A DNA stretch of 63,855 nt, counting the filler, from Collodictyon triciliatum (taxonomy: Eukaryota): NCBI GenBank assembly GCA_043381765.1. It is 8 parts of 8 records of this genome, joined end to end, with 100 filler letters (N's around TTAATTAATTAA, not from the genome) between each part and the next. Parts side by side here need not be neighbours in the genome. Positions count along the whole stretch, not along the records: positions 19,131 to 28,582 come from JBHJMP010003007.1; positions 28,683 to 38,134 come from JBHJMP010003008.1; positions 38,235 to 47,681 come from JBHJMP010003009.1; 5 more parts are not named here. One strand, written 5' to 3'. Numbering within the stretch: the stretch's first letter is position 1; every line of letters begins with the position of its first letter. Both the position numbers and the translations under genes were made by a program. Of this stretch, positions 25,101-39,287 are shown piece by piece. Below the pieces are notes generated by a model. That model made no database searches and had not been told where the DNA came from. It was given only the letters and a program-made list of their open reading frames with translations.

Positions 25101-27967
25101 TACTTTTGTTACTAAAGTCCCCAAGAATTCCTTCCTTCCTCCAAAGCCAATAAGGCGGTGCATTTTGAATTGCTGTTGCGCCTGTTCTTCAGGATCCCTT
25201 ATCTTTGTTATTATTGTTATAATTTTTCTTTAAAAAAAAAGTATAGAGTGTGTCAAATCCTGGCATTATAGCATGAATATATCTGTTATTTAACAAAATT
25301 TTTCAAAAAAACTATGTAAAAATGTAATTACCCAGTCAGTAGAAAAGTCTCGGTTTATGGCGAACGTAAGATGGGCTGTCATAAAGTCAGAGTAAGCTTT
25401 TGGACAATCGTATGTTACATAGCTATACTTCAACTTGATAGAAGCCTTGAGTTTTTCTTGCTTTTTTCGCTATGAAACATAAATATGGAAAGGATTAAAT
25501 GCTCGGACTCGAAATAGCACGCGTGTTTTAGGTGTGCTATATTTTTGTGGTTTACAAATGTAAGAAAGACAAACACTCTCTTCATTTTCAGCTTGGCATA
25601 GCTTCCTTTCTTCTTCATTTTTGGCTGTTGCCACAGCAATTGACTCGTCTCGAAAGTAAAAGAACACTCGGCTGCATGCAGGCTTCTCAATCAAGGCTGC
25701 ATACTGGACCTGATTATTATTTTTTTTAAAAAAAAGAATTAATGTTTTATCATTTTCTTTCATTCGTTATAATTTAATAACGAAAATTATAAAAAAATTT
25801 CAAACCTCATACTCAGTGACACTTAAACCAGGAATGTCGTTAATGAATGGAAATCTCTTATTTGTCTCGCTTCTCCATTCAACCCACAAATCTGTTAAGA
25901 ATGCATCGGGTTTCTGCTTCTTGAGTTCTTCAAATCTATATAATATGTTGAGCTCGGTCTTGTTTTGATCTGGTATCCAACCATATCGAGCTCCAAGGGA
26001 ACATACGAAGTAAGGACACTTCGAGATCGAGTCCAAACAACGAATTACAACCTAGTTTAATATTTGGTTAGAACTAAAGCATAATTATTTTTTTTTTCAT
26101 AGCAAACCCATCCTTCGCTGCTGTCTTTTGAAGTTAAACCCCAACGAAGGTCTATGAAGACAATTTCGATGGCTTTTGATTTTGCCAAATTCTTTAATCT
26201 GAACGAAGGATACACTGAGAAATCTCATTGATTGAATATTTGCGACAAGAGAATCTATTTACATATTCGAAAAGTTTGTGACATACTCAACAGCTCCGTG
26301 CTGGAAAAAATAATCCCTTTCATTTTGCATGTCTCGAAATGTAGAAGACAAGAATATGCGAATAACTCTCTGCTCATTCACTGAAGCTGGTAAAGGTGTA
26401 CATGTTGTATAGCACTGAGGAGCAGCAATCCATTTTCGAACTTTTCTATCTCTCTGTTCCCTTTGTGATGTCGTTACCTTGATAATTTAATCGTGTGTAC
26501 TCGATTGAGATTTCATTATTTAAGCTGGTGGATTTCAAAAGAACAGAAGGTGATCAATTATCCAAATTAAATTCAAACCCTGTCAATAAATATGCACGAC
26601 CGAATCAAAACGATTGTTCCTTTTTCATCTTCCTTTGAAAGTCCTTCAAAATAGGTGAAAAAGTTGGTGGAAGCCAAAGAAAAAACTCATTATTTAGGTG
26701 CATAAAATATCATTACAAGTGATTTTCACTTGTAATTAAATCGATGAAAGAAAAGCAGCTAAAGGAATAATTGGCAAGGTGTGGAGAGAATAGTAAACAA
26801 GCATATACCATCAAACAAGAAAGGGAGATTGTGTTTTTGGCAAAGGGTCTTGGCTAGAAGGTATCTTTCTTTTGAAGTTTTCTTTATGTTTTATTGTGTT
26901 GCTTAGTTGATATTTGCGATCAAATAGATTGACTAAAAAGTTAGTGATCAAATAAATTTGGTTATTACGCCAAAGTCAATCTTCTCCTTAAGGCTGCTTT
27001 GAATCAAAATCCAGATAATTAATCCGATGATGTCTGTTAGTCGACAATTTTATTGAATAGATGAGAGGTATAAAAAAAATCACTGTGATTCATACTTTGT
27101 TATAAAGTTTAGCAGGATAAGCCGAAACCTTGGAAGTTAGCAGTCTTTGCTCTGTGTTGTTCCTCTGCATCAATGTCTGTGTTTTCGACAATCCATTTTC
27201 GCAATAAATCCTGATTTTCTCTTACGAATGTCAAGTCTTCGATTGGTCTTTGGCTACATATTGTTCCAAAAAAAAAAGCAAATTATTCTAGAAATCTGAC
27301 CAATAGTTTACGTTGGTCTACGGTAAAAAATATACATATAAAAACAAGAAACGAAAATAAGAATCATATTATGGGTCAACAGGTTATTTGAACTTGAAAA
27401 ACTGTGCCAGCTCAGCATATAATGCGTCAGATAACAAAACAAATTTATCTAATCAACAACATAAACCCTACGCCGATAGTCGTGTGTGATAGTTGGGTAT
27501 CGCTTTGTCTGAAGTTATTTCAACCAACATTATAAGAAAGAAGCAGTCCTCCATATCAGAATCTACATTTGCGGCTGCGAGCTCTACCTTACCTAACTGG
27601 TAATTGCTCCATTCTAAAAAAGCCTATCATGTATTCAAGCTAGTTTAATAAATTAGATCACGGATACTGGGTTTGTATCAGAGCCCATAGTAGGGTGAGC
27701 AAGAATGTTCCGCTTTCTTTGTAATCCCTTTGGGGAAGAATAGTCCAATGACATGATCATTTCAAGCATGGAATAAAAAAAAAAGAATCAACCAAGGACA
27801 TGCACGCGAAGGAAGTGAAGAGAACAAAGAAAAGGGGTTGAAAACGAGAAGAAGAAAAAAGAGGGAGAGAACTAATTGAAAGAAATCACCTGTTTGATAT
27901 CATCCTTCTCACTCAATTGCAAAGGAGCTTCTTTCTTGGCCTTCCTGGAGCTGCCAAAAAGACGCAT
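19131..27967 (-). CDS. CH-DUF4062-NACHT-TPR-pentapeptide-WD40 protein, 3'-truncated at the contig edge (paralog B)
   Basis: ATG 27967 MRLFGSSRK; CH-like FLEWSNYQL..DMEDCFFLIMLVEI..REN..IIGLIIWILIQ; DUF4062 IRIFLSSTFRDMQNER..DLRWG..LGARYGWIP..SVTEYE; Walker A AAESGIGKSS; GHPLYLRLILDE; six 126-nt TPR exons; final exon 20634-19131 with pentapeptide repeats (ADLSQSNLDGANFTGADL) and WD40 repeats (GH..WLASGS.D.TI.IWD). Confidence 0.88.
20935..21157. repeat. (GAAAAA)n-type microsatellite in intron
   Basis: Direct inspection. Confidence 0.95.
24985..25030 (+). mobile_element. Micro-retroposon copy 6 (diverged) with ~10-bp TSD
   Basis: ataatgtatt + tttgattcgaattaaaggaaaaatga + ataatgtatt; intronic. 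Confidence 0.65.
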
Positions 27968-28079
27968 CGGCAGCACTTTCGTTTTCCCTCTCTTTCTTAT
28001 GCCAATAACTGCAAATAACACTTTCAATTATTTTTCAAATGAGATAATGGAAAAATTAAATGAAAAAAAATAAAACATG

Positions 28080-28506
28080 AATTAATGGAAAAGAGAAAGT
28101 AAATGAAAAATGAAAAATGAAAAATGAAAAATGAAAGATAAAAGATGAAAAAGAATAAAGGAAAAAGGAAAAATAAAATGAAAATAAAAAAAAGATTAAT
28201 GAAAAAGAGAATGAAAAGGGAAAAATAAAATGAAAATAAAAAAGATTAATGAAAAAGAGAATGAAAAGGAAAAAAAATGAAAAAAATTTAAAAAAGGAAA
28301 AAGGAAAAGTGGGAAAAGGAAAAGTGAAAAAAATGAAAAAAAAAGGAAAAGGAAAAAGGAAAAGGAAAAAAAATTAAAAAAATTAAAAAAAATGAAAAGA
28401 ATTAAAAAAAAGGAAAAGGAAAAGGAAAAAAATGAAAAAAATGAAAAAAATGAAAAAAATGAAAAAAATGAAAAAAATGAAAAAAAAGAAAAAAAAAAAA
28501 AAAAAG

Positions 28507-28582
<76 letters not shown>

Positions 28583-28682
28583 NNNNNNNNNNNNNNNNNN
28601 NNNNNNNNNNNNNNNNNNNNNNNNNNTTAATTAATTAANNNNNNNNNNNNNNNNNNNNNNNNNNNNNNNNNNNNNNNNNNNN

Positions 28683-28718
<36 letters not shown>

Positions 28719-28812
28719 CCTTTTCCTTTTCCTTTTCCTTTTCCTTTCCCTTTCCCTTTCCCTTTCCCTTTCCCTTTCCCTTTCCCTTTCCCTTTCCCTT
28801 TCCCTTTCCCTT
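28080..28812. repeat. A-rich low-complexity, poly-A/poly-T and (TTTCCC)n tracts at contig ends
   Basis: Direct inspection. Confidence 0.9.
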
Positions 28813-28910
28813 TTCTATTAGAAATGCAAGTATAGAATATTAACCATTAAAAATAGAATTAGTTAATTAGTTGATATTGGATGATAATGATTGCGATATT
28901 TTCCTTTAGA

Positions 28911-30076
28911 ACCCTGGTGTGATGCAGAAAATATTCCTTCCTTCGACTCATTCGATTCAACTCTCTTGATTCCATCTGAACTGCGACTCACACCTGATTT
29001 GCGACTGTCTGCATATGTCGACCCGATTCTTTTTTCTCATTCAAATATATCACCAAAGGGCATAGTACAGTGCCAGCCATTTATTGTCAAGCCGAAACAA
29101 ACAAGCTGTCAAGCGAAATTACCTCGAGTACCTCTGGCAGAGTCAGCATCAGAGGATACAGGCCAAAACTCCACAAGGATACCGATTCCAGATCCAAAGC
29201 AGTTTGATACTTCATGCTCTGCTGAAAGTACAGAAAATGAAGCCTGTCATCCAAGTGTAGGGAATTCAGAAGATTGCGTACGAAAGAGAACAAACCCTAC
29301 AGGTTTGTTTCATTTAGAATATTATGAACAGTTAGTGCATGAATCTATACATTTATCCTATTATGACCAACTATAAGGAAACCAAAGAATAACCATCATG
29401 ATATATCTCCTTCTATTGCAGCTGAGCCTGTAGCAGGAAAGGGGGTCGATGATACAGACAGGCAAGCCATTTTCTCAGCAAAAATGAGGAAACAACTCCC
29501 CACAGTAAATGACAGGATTGGATTTGAACCTGAAGCAGAGGAACCTCCTCGTGTGACTGCAGAACAAGTTGTTTTGATCGCAGGATACTCGCCGATCGAA
29601 CCTTCTCAAACGCAAACAAATGAAAATCTTCAGACTTTAGTGGACATTTCAACGCACCCTGGGATTTTGTCACGCTTTGTGCCACCCGCACATTCGACAA
29701 CGAGGAAGGAATATGTTAATATGCACCCAGATATTGGCATCCAGGATTCAGGGAACTCAATCGATGATAGTTGAGTACAAGGTGAAAAAAACGAAACAAT
29801 CATGAAAATCCCTAGCTTATGTTGAAGGAAGATGTTATACTAATAATTTTATGTATGCTTCTTTTTTTTTTTTTTTTTTTTTTGTTTGTTTGTCCGTTAG
29901 CTCCTGTAAAAAATAAAATAAAATTGCGCAAAAAATAAATAAAGAAAATAATAGAACAATTTCGATGGACAACCTCATAACGTGACTCAGTACCAAAGCT
30001 CTCTGTTGGATATCAACCGCAACGCCTGAAGAGACCACTCTTCTCGAGGACCTTGAAAAATCACTGGGAATCTGAC
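28911..30076 (+). CDS. Probable 3' exons of an unidentified Ser/Pro/Glu-rich protein
   Basis: Higher-GC open stretches bounded by ag/gt (28911-29302, 29422 onward, 29901 onward); no recognisable domain. Confidence 0.4.
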
Positions 30077-31922
30077 CTCTCCGTGTCTTGAAGATATGAC
30101 ATAACTAGCTTGATCAATTAATATAAACTAATATGTCAGAAAATGCTGGATTGGTTGACACAGCTTGTCAAATCCCCCCGGTCTATTTGCCTCGCTCAGT
30201 CTGATGTAGTTTCAGATGTTTCGAATGATGGGTTCAAGAATGTGTCTTTGAATGGAAACTTTTCACAGAGTGGTATATGAAAACTGCTGAAATAAAAAAC
30301 ACACACAAAATGTTTTATCCTGTTTAATTTAAGTGAGCAAGATTCTAGGTAGAATAAACTAGTTTCTAAACAGTGTGATATTGGATAATACCAACAGCGT
30401 AATTTGTCACGACCCGTTTTCATTTCATTTGTTTTTCATCCTAATTAATTTTCTCCATAACAATTAAAAGGACTCTTCCTTCTGCTTGTTTCAAAAACCG
30501 AAGCTGCTGACTTTTTATGCAGCATGAGAATATGTGGATGTAATTGATACCCTCGGTACAATACCACGCTTGTGTGATAAAGAAATCGTGATGAAAAGGT
30601 CATATTCAATCAGCCCTATTTTCATTTAATTTAAATCGCAAGTATAAATGAATGCATTCCAAGTTGCTTTTTTTTTTTAATAATTATATAAATATCATAC
30701 ATCGAGGCGACGCATTTCACTTATTGACATACCTTACTTCTTCCAGAGTCTGTTGATTTGGTGCTTAGAGCTGCTTTTGATATCCTTCATCTCCCCTTTG
30801 CATTCGTAATCACGAGCTATGTGTACAAGATTCGAGTCAACCAGATTACAAACGAACCTTAATGGCATATATACTTGGATGACTAATCAGGGGGATATTT
30901 GTATACTCAAATATTACTGAAACTAACGTAGCTCGCATTGGTGAGATGGTTTTTTCATTCTTCCTTTCAATTTTGTGCATTTCTCGGTATTATATGCTTC
31001 TCATTTGGGTTTTCAATTTCAAATATTTGTGCATTTTTACATCTACGCATAGTAAGAAGAAATAGTTATTTATTTTTTTTTAAAAAAAAAGGCAAATTAC
31101 TGTACACTTGATATCGTCTACTCGAAGTAATACCACTTAATTTTATTTTTATTTTTGAATACTATCCATAAGCGAAGTCTAATTTATAATTCCTCTATAT
31201 TTCCCAAGACATCGCGATGTTTCGTTAGGCAATTGCTATCTGTCCACTGACTTTGGTAAGTGTTCTTGTAGTGTATATCATACTGCTGAAGTCCTCACAC
31301 AAATATTAAATCCTGCTAAAATCTGCAAAACTCATTCACATTAAAAGGAAAAGGTCTGGTCACCCTACCGAACTTTGTCATGCAAGCGGTTCTCGCTTTA
31401 CTGACATGTTTTGATGTTCTAGCTTTCAGACGAGAGTACTACCTTTTGTGATTTTTCGAGTATTTTCGTCGTTTGCACTTATAAATCATCACCACTGCGT
31501 TGACTGCATAATGTTTGGGAAATACCATAATATTGACCGGCTTGTAAGAGTATCTTTTATCTATCTATCTATTTATTATTTATTTATCTATTTTTTTCTT
31601 TTATCTATTTATTTATCTATATCCATAAACCAGTGACATTGTAGCCTGTAAAGAACGATGTGATTGGTTGATTTACCTGTTGGTTAACTTATCTCTTGTA
31701 ATAGTGATAGTAGTAGTAATGATAATAATGATAATTTAATTGCTTTTTTCATCAGCTATGACGGGCTGGTGTGAATAGGGATGTGATAAGCTTCGTCCAT
31801 AACCTTGCAGAAATACGTGACTTGAAAACTCCAAAACAAATGCATACGTTTTTGTGAGTATGGGGTGTTCGTTTTGGATTTATTGGATGGTGTGTGTGCT
31901 TTGCCACAAGTATATATTGGAG

Positions 31923-32897
31923 TTATTTGCGAGCCTTCTTTTGGTACTCATCCATCAGCTGCCTCTCCACCTCCTTTGCGACAGGGTTATATTGCTTGTA
32001 CTCCATCTGGAACTCTCCTTTTCCCTGATAGAGTAATGTTTTTAGGTGGTATTTTTGGGGACTTTATTTTATGAGGGATCAAGCATATGCAATTTAGCGA
32101 TGGACAGTATGTGACAAAGTGTCAAGTTCAAAGCAAAAAAAGCGAAAACACATTACCTGGGTCAATGAGCGTAGCTCAGTAGAGAATCCAAACATATTAT
32201 TGAGTGGAACCTATCAAATCATAGGTATATATTCAGTCACACAGTAGATAATATTTTTTTGCCACTCATGACCGAGAATATACATACATACATACATACA
32301 TACATACATACATACATACATACATACATACATACATACATACATACATACATACATACATACATACATACATACACTATAATGAAGGACTTACATCGAC
32401 TTCTAATGCGAAATAGTCATCTGGAGTCTCTGTGGACACGATGACACCTTTGCGCTTGTTTACTGAAGCCACAACAACACCCTGTTTGGGCGTATAAGTT
32501 TACAGGTGCCATCTGGATTGCGACAATTACAAACGTACTTGGAATTCTACAGGGGCCTGAATAGCTACTTTCATAATTGGCTCTAAAACGATTGGCTGCG
32601 CTATTTGGTAGCCTATAAAGCAAAATGAAGTGAATGTCTGTCCACTCTTTAATAATCACTAGCAGTCGAACGATTAAAAGTCATTCATTGGTACGTTAAA
32701 AAAATTATCCCGGTTATGAATTCAACATATATTGCATTCTCGTTTGATTGAATAAAAATATAATAACCCACATTGGCGGAACGCATAAAGGGCAGCGAGT
32801 TTAAAAGCAAGTTCGCTGGAGTCAACTGCATGGTACGCACCATCCGTCAAAACCTGTATTTTTCGGGTGAAACCGGGTCAATTTGGAGAGAAAATAA

Positions 32898-32952
<55 letters not shown>

Positions 32953-35587
32953 ATCTGAATGATTTCCAGCTCGTTAAATGCAAGTGGGGATTTTATCAAA
33001 AAGAAATATGTGTTTATTTTAATTCTCAACATGTACATGCCGAATGAATAAAAATAAAATTACCACACGCAACCCAGTGACACCCGCCCCGATTAGGCTT
33101 CCCTTGAGACAAGCTTCTTTGAAGCCCTTTTTTTATATTTAATTTATTTTTATTGTCCAATTAATCGATAGAGTAGCGAACAGAGTTGACAATATTGATT
33201 CAATTAAATTCAAAGCATTTCAAAGTCATAGTGCTTAATTGTCTGATATTCAAACGAGATAATATGCACAAAAGATGGCACCTTCTCAACCCCAGGAATA
33301 TAGCTTTGTGGAATACTATTGCCGATAATGGCATTATCAAACTCGAAGGTTTCTGTAGACCCTTCTGGAAGAGGCTCAACATACCTTCACATAGCACGAG
33401 ATGGATAATTTAGTGTATGCAATTGTCTACGGAAATGTAAATCAATTTATTAATCTGCCGTATGTTAAGTGAAAATGCTTTTTTTTTTCCTTAACAATAA
33501 AAAACAAAGCTCTATACCCCTTCACACGACCATATTGACCTTGACCACCGCTCTGTTTTTTGTGAAGGTAATCAAACTCGGCCTAGTAGTCAAGATGATG
33601 AGGCTAGGCATGTCGTTTTATCGTCTGACTGGCAGATATCATACAATCACATCGTCTTTTCGTACCTTTTGGGTAATCGTTTCGCGGAAGGCCACTTGCG
33701 GCTTGCCAAGCTCTGTCAAGCAGTCAAACTCTCTTTTGAGTCGCTCAGCGTAGATTTCGAGGTGGAGTTCACCCATCCCACTGATAATAATCTGCGGTAT
33801 AAAAGAATGAATACGAATGAACGTATCTCAATCACATCCTGAGGGGATATATACTAGATTTTGCTTAATTGCGCAAGCATAATAGTTAGACCTGGTTGCT
33901 TTCAGGGTCGTTATGCACACGGAATGTCGGATCTTCGCGAGTGAATCTTCAGTAAGAGTATATTTTAATGTATATTTGATTACTTTAAAATCAAATGAAA
34001 AAGAACAGGAAAGTGTATTTTGACAAATACTTTTGCAGGGCTTTGGTAAAATTATTCTCGCTCTTTTTGTTTGCTGGCTTGATAGAAAGGGAGATGACAG
34101 GGTTGGGCACGTGCATCGAGGTCTGAGATAAATATCAAAAGAAAGTTTGGTTAGAAGTAAATATTCTTCTGTACATAATTTAGGGGAAACTCTCAGCGAA
34201 AATTCTAAAAAAATGAAAAATGATAGTTACACCGCCGCAAAATGATTTTTAAGGCTAATGTGTATTGCTTCATGTGAAAGAAGTAGTATTTGTAAACGCG
34301 ATATTATTTAAAGAATTGTTTCTTACCATGGTATATTTGACATTTCCATCTGTGAATGTATCACCAGTATTGCAATCAACCCCAAACACCGCGCAAATAT
34401 CTCCGGCGCTGGAATAATCAATATCCTTTTTTTTTTTTTTGGTCGATTATGTTCAGAAAGTTTTGTTTGTGAGAGAGGGAAACTAAACAGAAATTGAGTG
34501 ATTTGACCATCGAGAAGAAAATTCAATGCATTTTCAAAGGTGTCTAATTTTGTGTCGCTGAAATTAGAAGGAGTTGCAGACAACAAATAAGTTGATAATT
34601 CACCTCCATATGGTTGGAGTGCATTCGGACAAGTCGAGGGATTTTCATTTTTCGGGAGCCAGAATTGATGTTGTAGAAATAATCTCCCTTGCGAAGAGTT
34701 CCTAATTACAGTCGCATTAAATATGAAGGATTATGATTCTTTGAAAACGCAATGTACTTGGAAAAGTGCAAGAACGTGTCGATGTATGGTCACCTTGGTA
34801 GATGCGCATGTATGTCAGCTGACCAAACTTGTTTTCTTCGAGCTTGAATGCTAAACTAAGTGATCGAAAAACATTCAAGTTTAATGGTGAAATATCTACG
34901 TTACAAGCTTTAAGATTTATTATTATTACAAGTATTGCTGTTTTCATTATTCTTTTAAAAAGAAGGTCAAATGATTTGAATAAAGGAAAAAGAAAAAAGA
35001 GGGTACGAATGTAGCACTGGCACTCTGCACGGTTCAAATACATGGAATGTGTGTTGTGAGTAATATTCACATTGTGAACAAAAAACAAAAAACAAAAAAA
35101 AACAACAAAAAAAAACATACCCGACGAAAGGGTCATTCCCGTTGCTTGTCAGAGGCACAGGAGTGGCATCTTTGCCTTGGTCCAATGCTTGGTTTGTCCT
35201 TTGAAATAAAATAGTAAATTTCGCATTCAGCGAGTATTTTGTTGGTTCGTATGCATACACCGTGCGTCTCAACATGCATGTAAAAATAAAATGCAAAAAA
35301 ATAATAATAAACGGTTTCAGTTACTTTTCCACCGGGCTTGGAAGGTAATCCAGAATAGCATCCAACAGCAACTGAACCCCTTTATTCTTGTAAGCCGAAC
35401 CCATCATCACAGGAATAAACTTCAATGATATTGTTGCACGTCGGATGGCTGCCTGAAGAGGAAAAGTAATACAGAGTCAGCAGGACATCATTCACTTAAC
35501 CAAATAAAGGCCGCGTGGAATTTTGGGTTTATGTTTTGTACTCTCTAGATCAAAATAATTGGCAAACGAAAAGAAGGAGAAAAGGAA

Positions 35588-35683
<96 letters not shown>

Positions 35684-37463
35684 AAAACCTTCAATTCCTC
35701 AACACTGGGGTCCTCCTCTGAGAGAAAAATATCACCCATTGTTTCATCCACTTCAGCTAACTAAATTAAACAGAAATTAGTCGTTCTTCATAGTAAAAAA
35801 AAATAATAATAAAAATTGCAGGAAAATGACTCGTCTTCTTGAAGAGGCCGTTTCTTTATTTCGACCTTACGAATTGTGATGTTTATGAGGAGACCTGTTG
35901 AATAAGATTATGTCGCTTGCTTTTGGCCTCTGCGGCAAGATTTTCGGGTATGTCCTCTTCGATAATAGTTTCACTAATGAAGGAAATTGTTAATTGTCAA
36001 ATTAATCTAAATTTTACTACCTTGCTAAAGAAAAATAAATGTAATAGATGCATTACAATTATTTGCAAAAAAAAAAAAAAAAGAAGCTGCCGTGGTGTCT
36101 CATACAGAGGAGAAAAAGAAAGATACAAACCCGTTATTTCCTTTGAAGTAGAATGCTTTCATCTTCACCAAATCAATCAGTCCTTGAAATTTATCATCAG
36201 AACCAATAGGCATTTGGAGTGCGGCAACATTTAGGCGAAGTTTATTCCTATCCGACATGAAAATCAATTTAATTTATTTCAGGTTAAAAAGTTTATATTA
36301 TCAGAAGAAATAATGAGGTGCGATATATCAAAGCGAGAAGAATGGTTTAAAAAGAACCTTGTTTTTTTATTCGAATTTAATATATATGTGAAGAAATGGC
36401 CCGAAAGGAAAAAGGAGAAAGAGATGGTTATTAAATGGAGGTGTATTCATCCATACTTGATTTGGTCGATTCCTCTCCACGGATTGGCTCCTTGTCTGTC
36501 TAACTTATTGATAAATACCAAGCGAGGAACTCCATACCGTTTCATCTACAGGTGCAGATTAGGTGATCCATTACAATCAATGTCAATTTCCTCAGACTTT
36601 GGCATTTCATATAAATAAGTGAACCATATATAACCTGGCGATCTACGGTGCTGGTCTGACTCTGAACTCCACCGACACCGCACAACACAAGAACGGCACC
36701 ATCTAGAACTCGCAAAGCGCGCTCCACTTCGATAGTGAAATCGACGTGACCTGTTCGTGGATTTATTCAAACAGATGAATATTACATAATTCAAGAGCTT
36801 TTTTATATAAAAAACTATATGTGCCATGTTGAAACCCAGAGGCTGATGTGAAATGTAACACATTCGAGATGGAGGCCAACCAGGTGTATCGATGATATTG
36901 ACTCGGTGGTCTCTCCACTGCAGGAAAGTGGCTGCACTCTGGATGGTAATGCCCTTTTCGCGCTCAAGTTCCATGTGATCCATTGTTGCACCGATGCCAT
37001 CAGAGCCGCGGACCTGTTATATCAATTATCAGAGGATGAAAGAAAAATAGTCAGTACTAATAGAATGCAATACGATGACACATTTAAAATCTAACACGAT
37101 AAGATGCACAGCTTAAAATAATTACAAAGTAATTAAAATAAAATCAATTCAAGTACGAATACTACAATAAGTAGAGCATCAAACACTACTTTATTGTAAG
37201 AATGGGAGCTGGCCACGCAAAAAAAAACCAAAAAAAAAACGCTCTTTACTTCGTGCATGTGATTGATTCGTCCGGAATAGAAAAGAATACGCTCGGTCAA
37301 AGTTGTTTTGCCGCTGTCGATGTGCGCTGAAATACCGATGTTGCGGAGATAACGGATATCGGAAACCTGCGATATTTGTTTTTATTTGTTTGGGTTACGT
37401 GTTTTGTACTTGTTTCTTGCAGCAGGCACGATAGTTGAGTTATTTTGTAGTCATTGGCAGAGA

Positions 37464-37494
<31 letters not shown>

Positions 37495-37912
37495 AGTATA
37501 AATATATGGTGCTACACATTATGTTGAACAAAGAGAATATGGTAAGTTACCATTTCCTTCAGATCCTCTGAGGCATAGAATCTGGGGAGGATAGTTTGCT
37601 TTTGCTACGGGGTTTTAACAGAGGGTAATTTAAAGGATTCTGGAAAAACAATACATACACTCAAAGAGTTTGTGTCGAGTAAATGATAGGATATTATTAT
37701 ATTGGGCGATGAAATCACTCGAGTTCTGGGGGGTAGGAGTCATGCTACTTTTCTATTATTATATACTACTCACGTGAAAGAAAGAGTTGAAAGAGAAGGG
37801 TGGGAGGATAGCAGCCTTTCGTGCATGGAAGATTAATCACCTGCAAAAGTGCGCTTCTTCCCACGCCCACGAGGCGATTCGCACCCACTCCGATCAGGCG
37901 GAACGGAAGCAT
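31923..37912 (-). CDS. GFM1: Mitochondrial translation elongation factor G (EF-G1mt), ~20+ exons
   Basis: N-terminal Arg-rich presequence-like [136 protein letters not shown]; stop at 31923. Confidence 0.96.
32279..32375. repeat. (TACA)n microsatellite in GFM1 intron; also (AAAT)n 32895-32953 and (AAAG)n 35586-35686
   Basis: Direct inspection. Confidence 0.95.
34957..35004 (+). mobile_element. Micro-retroposon copy 7 (diverged)
   Basis: aaaaagaaggt + caaatgatttgaataaaggaaaaaga + aaaaagagggt; GFM1 intron. Confidence 0.5.
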
Positions 37913-39287
37913 CGCTGACTACAAAGCCTCTATAGTGTTTTATCTTTGATAATCTTCTACTTAATTATGTTTTTTGTTTTTTTTGGTTTTTTGTTTTTTG
38001 TTTTTTTGTTTTTTTGTTTTTTTGTTTTTTTGTTTTTTTGTTTTTTTGTTTTTTTTGTTTTGTGTTTTGTTTTTTGTTTTTTGTTTTTTGTTTTTTGTTT
38101 TTTGTTTTTTGTTTTTTGTTTTTTGTTTTTTGTTNNNNNNNNNNNNNNNNNNNNNNNNNNNNNNNNNNNNNNNNNNNNTTAATTAATTAANNNNNNNNNN
38201 NNNNNNNNNNNNNNNNNNNNNNNNNNNNNNNNNNTTTTTTTTTTGTTTTTTGTTTTTTGTTTTTTGTTTTTTGTTTTTTGTTTTTTGTTTTTTGTTTTTT
38301 GTTTTGTTTTTTGTATTTTGTTTTGTTTTTTTTTGTTTTTTGTTTTGTGGAGCGCTGAAATGGAGGCATAGACAAGCGACTGCGATGAATACTGTGTGGA
38401 TGGCAGTTGCTTTGGGGGTTTGGTTTTGTGTCAGAACAGGCTTTTTGGGGGCGGTTTGCCCCCAGCCTGGTAGGAGTGATTTGCAAAGGGAGTGTGGGTT
38501 TGTGGCACGGGAGAGCGATCGGCTTGTCGGCTTGGTTGGCAATGAGGACATCCATGGCGAGATTATTCTTCAGCCCAACGAAACCAAAGAGCCCAAGAAA
38601 AAAATAAAAGGGGCGCAAATTAAAGTGTTCATGAAATGGGCGCCAGTGGGTGAGTTGTGTCGCAACCTCATTTCGACCCTCATGTCTGCAAACAACCAGT
38701 TTTTTGTGTTTGTGTGTTTGGTTTGGGTTTTGGACTTTGGCTTGGGTGATGTTTTGTGACTTGGAAGTGGATATTGATCTGGACAGTGTGGTGGAAATGT
38801 GGGTTTTACATGGCAAATATCTGACTGGAAATTTATGATCAATTGCATTTCAGTGTAAAAATTTGCCGAATGTGGATGGATGCTTTGGGTTTAGAGTTTG
38901 TTTGTGCGGACTGAAGTGGAATTGGTTTTTCGAATATTTGTATCTCTTATGGAACATCCAAATGTGTATAATCTATACTAAATATGGTATTAATATTTGA
39001 ATTGTTTGGGAAAGTACTTTAGTATTTCAGGAATCATTAGAGTTTCGTGTGGCTGATTCTCACGCTGGAGTTCGCCACAGAAAAATTCTGTTATTTTCTA
39101 GTACCATAAATTAACAGGACATGATATGTTCTGCAAATATTTGTTTTTAGTTTTCTGAACGCATATAATGACCTAATAAATATATTTTCCACATTATTAA
39201 AATAGGTTTGGTATGAGCAAGAGCCCAGGGCTTTTGTCGCAGATACCCTGCTCTTGTGCTTCGTTCGGTAATTGCAATTTCGTTGAT

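Noticed and set aside
28732-28812. (TTTCCC)n / (GGGAAA)n as a telomeric repeat (also 58328-58355)
   Set aside because: Grades into TTTTCC and poly-T and also occurs inside a gene; behaves like the other intronic microsatellites.
36360-36380. Further weak micro-element matches (ttttttattcgaattt here; also ~10300, ~22860, ~32745, ~35850)
   Set aside because: Too diverged and no convincing flanking direct repeat.
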